This document shows, in pieces, positions 1 through 8,920 of a DNA stretch of 17,777 nucleotides. The notes below the pieces were generated by a model. It did no database searches and was not told the DNA's origin. It was given only the letters and a program-made list of their open reading frames with translations. Both the position numbers and the translations under genes were made by a program. The DNA comes from Anaerolineae bacterium. GTDB lineage: Bacteria; Chloroflexota; Anaerolineae; S140-20. How positions within the stretch are numbered: position 1 is the first letter of the stretch; every line of letters begins with the position of its first letter. Location of the stretch: assembly GCA_027021705.1 (NCBI GenBank), contig JALUTT010000016.1, positions 1-17,777 on the forward strand, written 5' to 3'.

Positions 1-2
1 CC

Positions 3-1148
3 GCCGGCATCAGCACCTACGTGGACAACGTGGATTCCTGGCTGATCTACGGTCCATTGGACCTGAGCCAGGCCTTCGACGCGGAGCTTGTCTTTGACTG
101 GTGGCTGGATGCCGCGCCGATGGGCACTCTGGGCGGCAAGGGCTTCTTCAACGTCCTGGAGGCCAGCACCGTTCCCTCCAGCGGTGACTGGCTGGGGTGG
201 TGTGCCCTGACCGATCCCACTCGGCTGGAGGAGTGCCAGGGGACCTACGTCTCCGGCTCTACCGGTCGGTGGCTCAGCGGCACCCTCTCGCTGAAACCCT
301 ACACCGCCGCGATAAGCCCCACCCGGTCGGTCTGGATCGCCTTCCACTTCCACAGTGACGGGGACGGTCGTGTCGGACGGGGAGCCTTCCTGGACAACGT
401 GGTGCTGCGGGTGAACTTGGGATACCAGGTGTTGCTCCCCCTCATCCGCCGGGAACCGACACCAACGCCCTCGCCGACCCCAACCCCCACCCCCGTCGTC
501 GAGTACTACGACGACTTCACCGATGCCGGCAGTGGCTGGCCCAACGACAAAGGGCAGATCTGGTACGAGAAGAACCTGTGGGATGTCTGGTGGCGACGGG
601 GGTACGTGACCTCCCGGGGCGAGTACCGCATCGCCATTGACAACGGACCGGCTCCGGTCGTCTGGTTCTGGCAGCCTGATGCTCTGGCCCCTTACGTACC
701 TCCCAGCGACACCTACTGCGTGGAGACCGAAGCCCGCTTCGAGAAGCACGGCTGGTGGGCCAACGGGGGTCTTGTCTTCGGGGCCAATGACAAGAACACC
801 GACCTCTACATGCTCTGCCTGGGCGTCGGGGCCAACGAGTTGGGCTGGCACGTCACCCGCAATCCCAACTACGAGTTCCCCCGCAACGGCTGTGCCTACG
901 AGGATGGCGTCATCGCCCGGGGCGGCAAGGAGGGAACCAGTTGGGATGGATGGAACCGCCTGCAGGTCAGTGTCAACGGCGACTGGATCCGGGTCTACGT
1001 GGGCGGCCTGGATATGGGCAGCTACTATATGCCCGGCCTCGCCAGCACCACCCGGGTCGGCCTGGTCGGCGGCGACTACGAGGTCTCCGACGTAGACATC
1101 CGCTTCAAGTACTTCCGCGTGATTCCCAACGCCGCCTGCACCCCTTAA
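3..1148 (+). CDS. 5'-truncated probable secreted/surface protein: jelly-roll (MAM/immune-inhibitor-A-like) domain, LLPLI motif, Pro/Thr linker, concanavalin-like (DUF1080-like) domain
   Basis: The frame is open from the window edge (AGISTYVDNVDSWLIYGP...), so the listed GTG at 21 is probably internal. FHFHSDGDGRVGRGAFLDNV resembles a jelly-roll domain end. YQVLLPLIRR is followed by PTPTPSPTPTPTP, then YYDDFTDAGSGW...WNRLQVSVNGDWIRVYV. Domain names come from motif recall, not a search. Confidence 0.7.
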   Translation, partial: AGISTYVDNVDSWLIYGPLDLSQAFDAELVFDWWLDAAPMGTLGGKGFFNVLEASTVPSSGDWLGWCALTDPTRLEECQGTYVSGSTGRWLSGTLSLKPYTAAISPTRSVWIAFHFHSDGDGRVGRGAFLDNVVLRVNLGYQVLLPLIRREPTPTPSPTPTPTPVVEYYDDFTDAGSGWPNDKGQIWYEKNLWDVWWRRGYVTSRGEYRIAIDNGPAPVVWFWQPDALAPYVPPSDTYCVETEARFEKHGWWANGGLVFGANDKNTDLYMLCLGVGANELGWHVTRNPNYEFPRNGCAYEDGVIARGGKEGTSWDGWNRLQVSVNGDWIRVYVGGLDMGSYYMPGLASTTRVGLVGGDYEVSDVDIRFKYFRVIPNAACTP

Positions 1149-1163
1149 CGGGGGGACCTGGCT

Positions 1164-1258
1164 GGTGACTGCCCACGAGTCTCGCCGGCGGTCGGCCGCA
1201 TAGGGGCAATCTGACAAATTGCCTGCACCTTCCTGCCCCCAGGGTATGGGTAATCACC
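1164..1258. mobile_element. MITE-like small element with terminal inverted repeats (copy 1)
   Basis: Left end GGTGACTGCCCA (1164-1175) and right end TGGGTAATCACC (1247-1258) are 10/12 inverted. The right end TATGGGTAATCACC is the exact reverse complement of 8774-8787. Confidence 0.5.
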
Positions 1259-1334
1259 AAGGTTCCGAGGCTTGAGAGGGCAAGCGGGGATGTCCGGCAG
1301 GGGCATCCCCGCCCGCCTGTCCGTTGGACACGAT

Positions 1335-3356
1335 ATGATGCTCACCGGACGCAAAGGTCTGAAGCAACCCCTTGCCGAGCTGACCCTGCTGGGTGCGCTA
1401 CTGCTCCTGGCTGCTTGGCTGCGCCTCCACCGCCTGGATCAGGTGGAGTTCCTATGGGACCAGGCCGAGATCTCCAAATGGGCGCTGCGGATGGCCCGAG
1501 AGGGGGAGATCGCCTGGGTTGGCCCTCCCTCCTCTACGGGCGTCTACTCCTTCCTGGGGACCGTCTGGCTGATGGCGATCCCCTACGCCCTCTCCCCCAG
1601 CCCCATCCTCGCCACCGGCTTCGTCGCCTTCCTCAACGTTGTCGCCGTGCTGGGCTGCTACCTCCTGGCCCGCCGTTGGTTTGGCCGTCAGGCCGCGCTG
1701 GCCTCCACCCTTCTCTTCGCCGTCGCCCCCTGGGCAGTGATCTACTCGCGCAAAATCTGGCAGGTGGAGCTTCTGATCCCCTTCACCCTCCTCTACGCCG
1801 CCACCGGCTGGTGGGCCTTCGTGAAGGGGAAGGGCTGGGCAGTGCCGGCCCACGCCCTGGCCCTCGCCTGGCTGATCCAGGTCCATCTCTCGGCCATCGC
1901 CCTCGTCCCGCTGACCGGCCTCTGGACGCTCCTCTTCTGGCGGCGGCTGGCCTGGCGGTGGGTGCCCCCGGCGATCCTCCTGGCCGCCCTCCTCTTCGTT
2001 CCCTACCTCCTCTTCGACGCCCGCCACCAGTGGTTCAGCATCCGGCGCTTTCTGGAGGTGACGCAACATCCGGCTACTCTGGATGCCAGCGCCCTCCACG
2101 CCGTCTGGATCAACACGACCGGGCTGGACCTCCACTGGCTGACCGGCCCGGACCGCTACCCGGAGTTCACCGCCGCCACGCCCAACCTGCGCAGCCTCTT
2201 CGTCGTAGAAGGGGGCCTGGCCTTCGGCGCTGCCCTCCTGGCCCTGCTCCGGGCGGCCCGCCAGGCCCGCCGAGGGCTCGACGGGGAGACGGCAGCCGCC
2301 CTGATGGCGGCCACCTGGCTGGTGATGCCCATCCTCTTCTACACCCGTCACGTCGTGCCCATCGCGCCCCACTACGTCACGACCATCTTCCCCGCCCCCT
2401 ACCTCCTCATCGGCTGGCTGGTCCAGCGGGTGGCCTCCTGGGACCACCCCAGGGCACGGTCCTACGCCCTCGCCCTGGGGCTGCTGGTCGGGGCCATCGC
2501 CCTGGCCCAGCTCCGCGAGATCACCGGCCTGCTCCGCTTCGTCACCACCCACGATACGCTGCGGGGGTACGACACCCCCTTGGGCTACGACGTCCGGGCG
2601 GCCCAAACAGCCCTCCGACTGGGCCGGGCGATGGACGACGCCGAGGTGATCCTGCTCTCCGAAGGGGATGAGCCCCGTTCCTACGAGATGCCGGCCACCG
2701 CCGACGTGCTCCTCTACGGCTACCCCCACCGAGCCGTGGACATCCGCACCGCCCTCGTGCTGCCCGCCGGTCCGGCGGTCTACTGGGCCACTTACGCGAT
2801 GACGCCCGGCGAAGCCCTCCTCGCCACCTTCGCCCAGGAGGTCCCGGAGGCCCGCCTTCCCCTCCGTGAGGGCAAGCGGACCTACCGCTTCTACCGCTGG
2901 CCCGGCGGCTCCCCCACCATCCCCGACTTGCAACGGCTGCCCCGGCCCCTGCGCTGGGCCAACGGCGCCCAACTGATCGGCTACCGGATCGCCGGTGACC
3001 TCCGCCCCGGCGGCACCCTCCGCTGGACACTGGTCTGGCAGCCCGCCCGCACCCCCGATGAGGACGTCTACTACCACTGGTTCAACCACCTGCTGGACGA
3101 CCAGGGAACCTTTCGAGGGCAGCGGGATGGCCCCAGCCTGCTCCCCGCCTACTGGCGGGCCGGAGACACCATCCTGAACTGGTTCGAGATCGCCATCCCC
3201 GCCGACGCCCCTCCCGGCGACTACCGGATGCGGGTGGGGATGTACACCTATCCGGCCCTGGAGAACGTCCCGCTCCTGGACGAGGCCGGCCGACCGGCCG
3301 GGGAGTGGGCCGAGATCGGCCCCATCCCCATCGGACGAGGAAGCGCTGGCCGATGA
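1335..3356 (+). CDS. GT-C fold membrane glycosyltransferase (ArnT/PMT-like) with C-terminal beta-sandwich domain
   Basis: N-terminal TM with LRLHRLD..FLWDQAE acidic loop, about 10 further hydrophobic segments, LARRWFGRQAAL and APWAVIYSRKIW motifs. The C-terminal domain reads QLIGY..PGGTLRWTLVWQ..WFNHLLD..QRDG..PPGDYRMRVGMY. Start is uncertain (ATG 1335/1338 chosen over TTG 1272). Confidence 0.8.
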   Translation: MMLTGRKGLKQPLAELTLLGALLLLAAWLRLHRLDQVEFLWDQAEISKWALRMAREGEIAWVGPPSSTGVYSFLGTVWLMAIPYALSPSPILATGFVAFLNVVAVLGCYLLARRWFGRQAALASTLLFAVAPWAVIYSRKIWQVELLIPFTLLYAATGWWAFVKGKGWAVPAHALALAWLIQVHLSAIALVPLTGLWTLLFWRRLAWRWVPPAILLAALLFVPYLLFDARHQWFSIRRFLEVTQHPATLDASALHAVWINTTGLDLHWLTGPDRYPEFTAATPNLRSLFVVEGGLAFGAALLALLRAARQARRGLDGETAAALMAATWLVMPILFYTRHVVPIAPHYVTTIFPAPYLLIGWLVQRVASWDHPRARSYALALGLLVGAIALAQLREITGLLRFVTTHDTLRGYDTPLGYDVRAAQTALRLGRAMDDAEVILLSEGDEPRSYEMPATADVLLYGYPHRAVDIRTALVLPAGPAVYWATYAMTPGEALLATFAQEVPEARLPLREGKRTYRFYRWPGGSPTIPDLQRLPRPLRWANGAQLIGYRIAGDLRPGGTLRWTLVWQPARTPDEDVYYHWFNHLLDDQGTFRGQRDGPSLLPAYWRAGDTILNWFEIAIPADAPPGDYRMRVGMYTYPALENVPLLDEAGRPAGEWAEIGPIPIGRGSAGR

Positions 3357-5404
3357 GGGCGATGACGAAGCGCCGAGAATGGACTGCCCTGTTGCTCCTC
3401 TTCCTCCTGGCGGCCGGGCTCCGCTGGTGGGCCCCGTTGGCCGTCCCTCCCGGCCTGGAGATGGACGAGCTGATCGAGGCCCAGATCGCGGAGCAGGTGC
3501 TCCAGGGGGATTGGCGGCCCTTCTACGAGGCCGGTCAGGGGCGGGAAGGGCTCTACCACTACTGGCTGGCCGGCTGGCTGGCGATCCTGGGCCGGCGTCT
3601 CTTCACGCTGCGGGTCGCCTCCTCGATGCTGAGCCTGCTGGGGCTGGCCGCCGGCTACATCCTGACCCGCCGCCTCTTCGGCCCGGCGGTGGCGCTGGTC
3701 GCCCTGGCGGGCGGGGCAGCCTCCTTCTGGACCCTCTTCGCCGCCCGCTCCGGGCTGCGCTCCACCAGCCTCCCCCCGTTGGCCGCGCTGGCCGGCTACT
3801 TCTTCTGGCGGGGGCTCGCCCCTCGCGCCGTCCGCAGGGCCGGGGGGCGCTCCCGGCTGCTCCTGGCCGCTGCCGGCCTCTTCCTGGGCCTCACCTTTTA
3901 CGCCTACACGGCGGCCCGGGTGCTGCCGGCCGTCTTCCTCCTCTTCGCCCTCTACCTGGGGGCCTTCCACCGGGATTGGCTGGCCGGGCGGATGCAGGCG
4001 TTGTTCCTGGGGGGGCTCGTCGCCCTGCTGGTGATGCTCCCCCTGCTGCGCTACCTGCAAACCCATCCCGAGGCCGACCAGTTCGACTTCCTCGACTTCA
4101 ACCGCCCGCTGGCGGCGCTGGAGCAGGGCAATCCGGAGCCGGCGCTGCGGACCACGCTGGCGACCCTGGGGATGTTCACCTTCCGGGGGGATCCCCTCAT
4201 CTTCGACAACGTGCCCGGCCGGCCCGTCTTCGACCCCCTCAACGGCCTGCTCTTCCTGGCCGGCGTGGGGATCGCCCTGGCCCGCCTCCGCCGTCCCGCC
4301 TATGCCTTCGCCCTCCTCTGGCTCCTCGTCAGCCTGGTGCCGGGGATGCTCAGCCAGCCGGCGCCCAACTTCTACCGGACCGTCGGCGCTCAGGTCGTCG
4401 CCTTCGCCTTCCCCGGCCTGGCTCTCGTGGAGGTCGTCCGCCGCTGGCGACGCCGCCGGTCAGGATGGGCAGGGCGGCCGGCCCTGGTCGGCGGGGCGGC
4501 CCTCCTGCTGGCGGTCCACCTGGTCGGCAACGGGCGGGCCTACTTCGCCACCTGGCCCCGGGTGGAAGGGATCCGCTTCTTCTGGCAGAGTGGGCTGGCC
4601 GAGGCGGCCCGCTATCTGGACCGCACGCCCGACGACGGCCCCGTCGTCCTCTGCACCGTCCTCACCTACGAGCACGATCCCTGGTGGCGGCCCGCCTGGC
4701 AGAGCATGCCCTACCTCCTCCGCCGCACCGACCTGGCGATCCGCTACCACGACTGCCGGACGGCGCTGGTGCTCCCGGCGGGCCGGCCCGTGCGCTACCT
4801 CTTCCCCGAGGCCCCCGACCCCGCCGCCCTGGTCTCCGACGGGCTCTGGGGGCCGGTGCTGACGGCCGCGACGCTGGTCCCCGGGGCCTTCCCCTCGGGC
4901 CAGGGGGCGCTGCTCCGGCTGGACGGACCGCTCCCGGCGGTGGGGCCGACCTCGGGGGCCGTCCGGTGGGCGCCCGAGGCGGGGGGCGGCCCGGCCTCGC
5001 TGCCGGTCGCCTTCGGCCAGAGCCTGCGCCTCCTGGGCTACCGGCGCGCCCCGGCCCACCCCCGCCCCGGCGACCGACTGCGCCTGGTCACCGCCTGGGA
5101 GGTGCAGGCACCGCCGCCGCCACGCCTGGCCCTCTTCACCCACCTCCTCGCCGACCCCCAGACGCTGGTGGCCCAGCAGGACGGCCTGCCGCTGACCTCT
5201 CACAGCCTGCGTCCGGGAGATCGGTTCCTGGTGCTCCACGATCAGGTCCAACTTCCGGCGGAACTGCCCGCCGGCACCTACCTCCTCTCCATCGGCCTCT
5301 ACCGGAGCGACACGATGGAGCGGCTGCCCCTCCACGAGGGGGCCCGGCCACGAGGCGACCGCCTCTTCCTGGAGCCCGTCGTCGTCACCGAGGAGTCGCG
5401 ATGA
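3353..5404 (+). CDS. GT-C fold membrane glycosyltransferase (ArnT/PMT, GT39/GT83-like) with C-terminal beta-sandwich domain
   Basis: ATG 3353 overlaps the upstream stop (ATGA). Motifs LRWW..VPPGLEMDE (DE acidic pair), GREGLYHY, LTRRLFG and GLTFYAYTAAR, with many TM segments. C-terminal FGQSLRLLGY..FTHLL..QQDG..GTYLLSIGLY domain. Confidence 0.85.
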   Translation: MRAMTKRREWTALLLLFLLAAGLRWWAPLAVPPGLEMDELIEAQIAEQVLQGDWRPFYEAGQGREGLYHYWLAGWLAILGRRLFTLRVASSMLSLLGLAAGYILTRRLFGPAVALVALAGGAASFWTLFAARSGLRSTSLPPLAALAGYFFWRGLAPRAVRRAGGRSRLLLAAAGLFLGLTFYAYTAARVLPAVFLLFALYLGAFHRDWLAGRMQALFLGGLVALLVMLPLLRYLQTHPEADQFDFLDFNRPLAALEQGNPEPALRTTLATLGMFTFRGDPLIFDNVPGRPVFDPLNGLLFLAGVGIALARLRRPAYAFALLWLLVSLVPGMLSQPAPNFYRTVGAQVVAFAFPGLALVEVVRRWRRRRSGWAGRPALVGGAALLLAVHLVGNGRAYFATWPRVEGIRFFWQSGLAEAARYLDRTPDDGPVVLCTVLTYEHDPWWRPAWQSMPYLLRRTDLAIRYHDCRTALVLPAGRPVRYLFPEAPDPAALVSDGLWGPVLTAATLVPGAFPSGQGALLRLDGPLPAVGPTSGAVRWAPEAGGGPASLPVAFGQSLRLLGYRRAPAHPRPGDRLRLVTAWEVQAPPPPRLALFTHLLADPQTLVAQQDGLPLTSHSLRPGDRFLVLHDQVQLPAELPAGTYLLSIGLYRSDTMERLPLHEGARPRGDRLFLEPVVVTEESR

Positions 5405-5438
5405 GTCGCTGAGTCGAAGGATCCCTGAGTTCTAAGCG

Positions 5439-7670
5439 ATGCCGATACGCCGTGATCTTCCCGAACGATCCATACCCTGGCCCATCGCCGGCATCCTGCT
5501 GGCCTTCGTCCTCCTGGCCGGCGCGGTCAGCGTGGTGAACCCCCTCTTCGAGTCCACCGACGAGATCCGCCACTACCGCTACATCCGCCGTCTGGTCGTC
5601 GAGCACCGGCTGCCCGTCCAGGGGGCCGAGCGGGTCCGCTCTCAGAGCCACCACCCGCCCCTCTACTACCTGCTCAGCGCCCTCGCCAGCGGTTGGGTGC
5701 CCTCGCCCCACACGCCCGAGTACCAGCAGCCCATCAACCCCTTCTGGGGCTACCGGCTCTGGGAGGTGAGCGTGGACAACAAGCTCCAGTACTGGCACGG
5801 CCTGGCGGAGCGGTTCCCCTTTCGGGAGGGCTACCTGGCGGCGGTGATCCCCCGCTGGGTCAACGTCCTGCTGGGGGCCGTGACGGTCTGGCTGACCTAC
5901 CGGCTGGGGCGGCGGGTGTGGCGGGAGCACCCCGCCCTGGCCTGGGGGGCGGCGGCCCTGGTCGCCTTCAACCCCCAGTTCCTCTACCTGAGCGGGGCGA
6001 TGAACAACGACATCATCGCGGCGGCCACGGGCACGGCGGTGTTGCTGGTGAGCCTGGAGGTGGCCCAGGAGGGGTTGCAGCGGGACCGGCTGCTCCGGCT
6101 GGGGCTGGCCTACGGGCTGGCGCTCCTGGCCAAGTTCCACCTGGTCACCCTAGGGGGCATCATCGCCCTGGCCCTCGCCCTGGGGGTGGTCGGGTGGTCC
6201 GGTGGTCCGGTGGTCCGGTGGTCGGGTGGCCGGGCGTTGGGGCGCTGGCTGGGAGGGATGGGGGTCGTGCTGGGGGTGGCCGCCCTCCTCGCCGGATGGT
6301 GGTTCCTGCGCAACTGGTGGCTCTACGGCGACCCCACCGGCCTCAACAAGGTCAACGAGCTCTGGTTGGGCCGCCCGGCCGGGGGCAACTGGTGGGCCCT
6401 CTGGCAGGGACTGCCCTACCTCTGGAGCAGCCTCTGGGGGCGCTTCGGCTACGGCCAGATCCCCCTGCCCCAGCCCATCTACAGCGGCCTGCTCGCCTTC
6501 GTCCTCCTGGCGCTGGGGGGATACCTACGCCCCCGCCGCGCCGAATCCCCAACGCCGATCCTGGCCCTGGGCCTGCTCCTGACCACCGTCCTCGCCTTCA
6601 CCGCCGTCGTCTTCTACTACATCCTGATCCAGCCGGCGGGGCCGATGGGGCGCTTTCTCTTCCCCGCCCTGCCCGCCTTCGCCGTGCTCCTGGTGGGGGG
6701 GCTGCACCGCTGGCTGCGGCGGCCGGTCTGGACCGCCGGAGGGGTGGCCGTGGGGATGGGGCTCCTAGCCCTGGTGGCCCTGGGGGGGTACCTGGCCCCG
6801 GCCGTCCGCTACCCGCCTCCGGCCCCCTCCCCGCCCCCCGGTCGCCCGCTGGAGGTCCGCTTCGGCGACGTGGCCCGGCTGCTCGCCGTCGAGGTCCACC
6901 CCACCACCCTCCGCCCCGGCGAGCCCCTCTTCGTCACCGTCACCTGGGAGCCGCTGCGCCGGACCGAGCGCCCCTACACCGTCTACGTCCACCTGATAGA
7001 CGAGGCCGACGTGCTCATCGCCCAGCGGGATACCTGGCCGGGGCTGGGTCGGGCCCCGACGACGGGCTGGCAGCCGGGCCGTCCCTTCGTGGACACCTAT
7101 CGGGTGGACCTCCCCGAGACGGCCTACGCGCCGGACCGGGCCGCCGTGCGGGTGGGGCTCTACGAGGCGACCTCGGGCCGGCTCCCCGCCTTCGGCTCCG
7201 ACGGGGAGCCCCTGGGGGACGGCGTGGCCGTGGGGACGGTGACGGTGGAGCCCCGCCCCGGCCCCTGGCCCAACCCCCTGGAGGCCAACTTCGGGGACGA
7301 GATCGCCCTGGTGGGTTACCGGCTGGAGCCGCGCACGCTGCGGGCCGGTGAGACCTTCACGCTGACCCTCTACTGGAGGCCGCTGAAGGAGCCTCGGTAC
7401 GACTACCTGGTCTTCGCCCAGGTGATTGACCCGGCCTGGCAGGTGTGGGGCAGCCGGGATGGGGCCGGGCCGGGCTGGACGCCGGGGCAGGTCGTCGAGG
7501 ATGTGCGTCGGATCACGCTGCGGCCCGATGCGCCGCCGGGCAGCTACCCCATCCAGGTGGGGCTCTTCCACGGTGAGACGGGCCGCCTCCCCGTCCTGGC
7601 CCCCGACGGCCACCACAAGGACGAGCGGGTGCTGTTGGGGCCGGTTCGGGTGAGGGGGGAGGGGGAGTGA
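5439..7670 (+). CDS. GT-C fold membrane glycosyltransferase-like protein (DUF2142/PMT-like) with two C-terminal beta-sandwich repeats
   Basis: Motifs PLFESTDEIRHYRY, HHPPLYY, FNPQFLYLSGAMNND, GLALLAK, WWFLRNWWLYGDPTG, SLWGRFG and GRFLFPA. Two C-terminal repeats start at FGDVARLL and FGDEIALVGY. Confidence 0.8.
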   Translation: MPIRRDLPERSIPWPIAGILLAFVLLAGAVSVVNPLFESTDEIRHYRYIRRLVVEHRLPVQGAERVRSQSHHPPLYYLLSALASGWVPSPHTPEYQQPINPFWGYRLWEVSVDNKLQYWHGLAERFPFREGYLAAVIPRWVNVLLGAVTVWLTYRLGRRVWREHPALAWGAAALVAFNPQFLYLSGAMNNDIIAAATGTAVLLVSLEVAQEGLQRDRLLRLGLAYGLALLAKFHLVTLGGIIALALALGVVGWSGGPVVRWSGGRALGRWLGGMGVVLGVAALLAGWWFLRNWWLYGDPTGLNKVNELWLGRPAGGNWWALWQGLPYLWSSLWGRFGYGQIPLPQPIYSGLLAFVLLALGGYLRPRRAESPTPILALGLLLTTVLAFTAVVFYYILIQPAGPMGRFLFPALPAFAVLLVGGLHRWLRRPVWTAGGVAVGMGLLALVALGGYLAPAVRYPPPAPSPPPGRPLEVRFGDVARLLAVEVHPTTLRPGEPLFVTVTWEPLRRTERPYTVYVHLIDEADVLIAQRDTWPGLGRAPTTGWQPGRPFVDTYRVDLPETAYAPDRAAVRVGLYEATSGRLPAFGSDGEPLGDGVAVGTVTVEPRPGPWPNPLEANFGDEIALVGYRLEPRTLRAGETFTLTLYWRPLKEPRYDYLVFAQVIDPAWQVWGSRDGAGPGWTPGQVVEDVRRITLRPDAPPGSYPIQVGLFHGETGRLPVLAPDGHHKDERVLLGPVRVRGEGE
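6185..6232 (+). repeat. Intragenic octamer tandem repeat (GGTGGYCS)x6
   Basis: ggtggtcg ggtggtcc ggtggtcc ggtggtcc ggtggtcg ggtggccg; 48 bp, which keeps the reading frame. Confidence 0.9.
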
Positions 7671-7690
7671 GGTGGTGAGGGGGTGAGGCA

Positions 7691-8698
7691 ATGAGGGGAC
7701 GGGGCGATGAGGCAACGAGGGGGGGAGGGGGCGCGAGGCGCGTCATCGGCCGGCTGGGCCGGCGCCGGGGGGCCATCTTCCGCCTGCTGGTCAGCCTGGG
7801 GGTGCTGACCTTCGTGCTGACGACCATCGGCCTGGAGCGGATCGGGCAGGTCCTGCTGACCGCCTCGCCCGGTCCCATCCTCCTGGCCTTCCTGCTCTTC
7901 GTCGCCGGCATCGTGGTGCGGGCGGCCCGCTGGCGGGTCCTGCTCCGCGCCCTGGGGGTCCACGTGCCCTTCGGACGGCTGGTCCACCTTTACTTCGCCG
8001 GCACCTTCTTCAACGCCTTCCTGCCCTCCGGCTTCGGCGGGGATGTCGTCCGTGTCCTGGAGATCGCCCAGGAAGCCCGCGCGGCGGCGGCCTTGGGCAC
8101 CGTGGTGGTGGACCGGATGACGGGGCTGATGGTCCTCTTCGCGATGGCCCTGCTGGCCCTCCCCTTCAGCCGTCGGTTGCTGCCCTGGGAGGTCTGGCTG
8201 GCCATCGGGGGGATGGCGGCGGCCGGGCTGGTCGCCGGTGGACTGGTCCTGCACGGGCGCTGGCTGCGCCGGCTGGGAGACCGGCTGCCCGGCCCCTTCT
8301 CCCTGACCGGCAGCGGGGCGCTGGCCCGGGCCTACGATGCCGTCACCGCCTGTGGCTGGCGGGCCGTGGGGCAGGCGCTGGCCCTCTCCCTCGTCTTCAA
8401 CACCCTCCTCATCCTGGTCAACTACCTGACCGCCCTGGCGGTGGGGATGCGTCTCAGCCTCGTCTACTTCCTGCTCTTCGTGCCCGTCTTCTCCGTGATG
8501 CTGATCCTCCCCGTCTCCATCGGCGGGCTAGGGGTGCGGGAGGGGATGGCGGTGCTCCTCTTCACCCAGGTGGGCGTGGACCGGGCGGTGGCCGTCGCCG
8601 CCTCCCTGGCCGTCTACGCCGTCTCCCGGGCGACGGGGCTCCTGGGCGGGCTGCTCTACTTGGTCCAGAGCCTCCGGGCCCTGCGCTCTCCCCGATAG
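7691..8698 (+). CDS. Lysylphosphatidylglycerol synthase TM-region / UPF0104 flippase-like membrane protein
   Basis: Motifs RAARWRVLL, GTFFNAFLPSGFGGDVVR, VVVDRMTGL and LPVSIGGLGVREG are typical of this family, with about 8 TM segments. The exact start is uncertain. Confidence 0.88.
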   Translation: MRGRGDEATRGGGGARRVIGRLGRRRGAIFRLLVSLGVLTFVLTTIGLERIGQVLLTASPGPILLAFLLFVAGIVVRAARWRVLLRALGVHVPFGRLVHLYFAGTFFNAFLPSGFGGDVVRVLEIAQEARAAAALGTVVVDRMTGLMVLFAMALLALPFSRRLLPWEVWLAIGGMAAAGLVAGGLVLHGRWLRRLGDRLPGPFSLTGSGALARAYDAVTACGWRAVGQALALSLVFNTLLILVNYLTALAVGMRLSLVYFLLFVPVFSVMLILPVSIGGLGVREGMAVLLFTQVGVDRAVAVAASLAVYAVSRATGLLGGLLYLVQSLRALRSPR

Positions 8699-8773
8699 TC
8701 CGCAGCAACGGGCAGATGGAAGACGCGATTCATACGCAAGCTGCGATAAAGGGGAGTCACCACGAGCCCCGCC

Positions 8774-8862
8774 GGTGATTACCCATATCTTTGGAGATTT
8801 TGTGAGAAATTCGTGGACGGCTTGCTACGGACCACTCTCTCGCTCCCTTGTGGGTAATCACC
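8774..8862. mobile_element. MITE-like 89-bp element with perfect 12-bp terminal inverted repeats and flanking direct repeat (copy 2)
   Basis: GGTGATTACCCA (8774-8785) pairs with TGGGTAATCACC (8851-8862). Flanks ACGAGCCCCGCC (8762-8773) and ACGAGCCCCGCT (8863-8874) match 11/12. The interior is more AT-rich than the flanking genes. Confidence 0.6.
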
Positions 8863-8920
8863 ACGAGCCCCGCTCTTGCGTCGGAGCCGGGATGATGTTA
8901 CAATTCTTGGCAGCGCCGGC

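Noticed and set aside
5401..5412. Mini-ORF ATG AGT CGC TGA overlapping the upstream stop as a recoding or frameshift signal
   Set aside because: There is no redox motif, SECIS or slippery site, and the downstream gene has its own ATG at 5439.
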